DNA of 63,319 nucleotides, counting the filler, from Octopus bimaculoides (lineage: Eukaryota), in assembly GCF_001194135.2 (NCBI RefSeq). It is 5 parts of 5 records of this genome, joined end to end, with 100 filler letters (N's around TTAATTAATTAA, not from the genome) between each part and the next. Parts side by side here need not be neighbours in the genome. Positions count along the whole stretch, not along the records: positions 60,521 to 63,319 come from NC_068989.1; 4 more parts are not named here. The stretch is one strand, 5' to 3'. The translations under genes were made by a program, and so were the position numbers. The notes beneath the pieces were generated by a model that worked only from the letters and a program-made list of their open reading frames with translations, was not told the origin of the DNA and made no database searches. Every line of letters starts with the position of its first letter. Positions within the stretch are counted from its first letter, which is position 1. Shown here in pieces: positions 62,559-63,319 of the stretch.

Positions 62559-62785
62559 GAAGGCGGCGAGCTGGTAGAAACGTTAGCACTCCGGGCGAAA
62601 TGCTTAGTGGTATTTCGTCTGCCGTTACGTTCTGAGTTCAAATTTTGCCGAGGTCGACTTTCATCCTTTCGGGGTCGATAGATTAACTACCAGTTACGCA
62701 ATGGGGTAGATGTAATCGACTTAATCCCTTTGTCTGTCCTTGTTTGTCTCTCTATGTTTAGCCCCTTGTGGGCAATAAAGAAATA
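62559..62785 (+). mobile_element. Full-length family A SINE with an L1/Tx1-like tail
   Basis: gaaggcggcgagctggtagaaacgttagc..ttctgagttcaaattttgccgaggtcgacttt..gatgtaatcgacttaatccctttgt..ccccttgtgggcaataaagaaata. Confidence 0.93.
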
Positions 62786-62789
62786 AAAA

Positions 62790-62878
62790 AAACGTTAGCA
62801 CGCCGGGCGGTATTTCGTCTGTCTTTACGTTCTGAGTTGAATTTGCCTTTTATCCTTTCGGAGTACGATAAATTAAGA
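62790..62878 (+). mobile_element. Second, internally deleted family A SINE directly in tandem
   Basis: aaacgttagcacgccgggcggtatttcgtctgtctttacgttctgagttg..ttgccttttatcctttcgg. Confidence 0.85.
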
Positions 62879-63319
62879 AAAGAAAAATGGAATTTTTATG
62901 TTTAGCAACACTAGTTACTTTATTTAATCAACAATCTTTGCAAACCAGTTATTCATTCAGTCATACCTGCTTTTCTTTTGGTGACAGCAGTACTCAATGC
63001 CTTCACACATCTATAGTGACCGGCAAAATATTAAACGAACGATATATATATGTAAGAACGACCGTGCGAACTCAAAAAGGAGAAATGGTGACGAATGGAA
63101 AAACAGAGGACTCCTTTTATTTAAACGCGTCACACGGTCGAACACAAAAATATATATCAATGATGATATACAAATATGTTATGCTACGATAACATAGATG
63201 ACCAGTAATGAAAGACCACAACCGTATAAGATGAATAACAGATATATTTATTATGGCGTTAAAGATGTATGTCTGTGTGAGAGTGTGAATGCGACATATA
63301 AGAACATAATAAAAGACAG

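Noticed and set aside
62559-62660. SINE heads as tRNA genes
   Set aside because: They have A/B-box-like motifs but no cloverleaf, and continue into SINE bodies present in many diverged copies.

Overview
AT-rich, microsatellite-dense, gap-riddled eukaryotic DNA. The repeat families (tRNA-head SINEs, CORE-type SINEs, CR1-, RTE-, L1/Tx1- and HERO-like LINEs, Penelope-like elements, mariners, Helitrons) look like an octopus (coleoid cephalopod) short-read scaffold; the species assignment is an inference. I cannot confidently identify any host protein-coding exon. Nearly all listed ORFs are microsatellite/N-gap artefacts or decayed transposon fragments, so the window reads as intergenic or long-intron sequence. 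Four 100-bp N44-TTAATTAATTAA-N44 blocks are synthetic join markers. Best observations: (1) a Penelope-like locus (GIY-YIG remnants plus direct and inverted pseudo-LTRs) carrying an apparently intact minimal type I hammerhead ribozyme at 48965-49014, with a second, unrelated, core-mutated hammerhead at 51151-51193; (2) a SINE whose 3' tail matches the 3' end of an L1/Tx1 LINE in the same window; (3) a 4x tandem array built from the mariner transposase helix-turn-helix coding segment; (4) a perfect spacer-less 44-bp palindrome; (5) two outward-facing Helitron-like 3' ends bracketing about 0.9 kb. All alignments and translations were done by eye.
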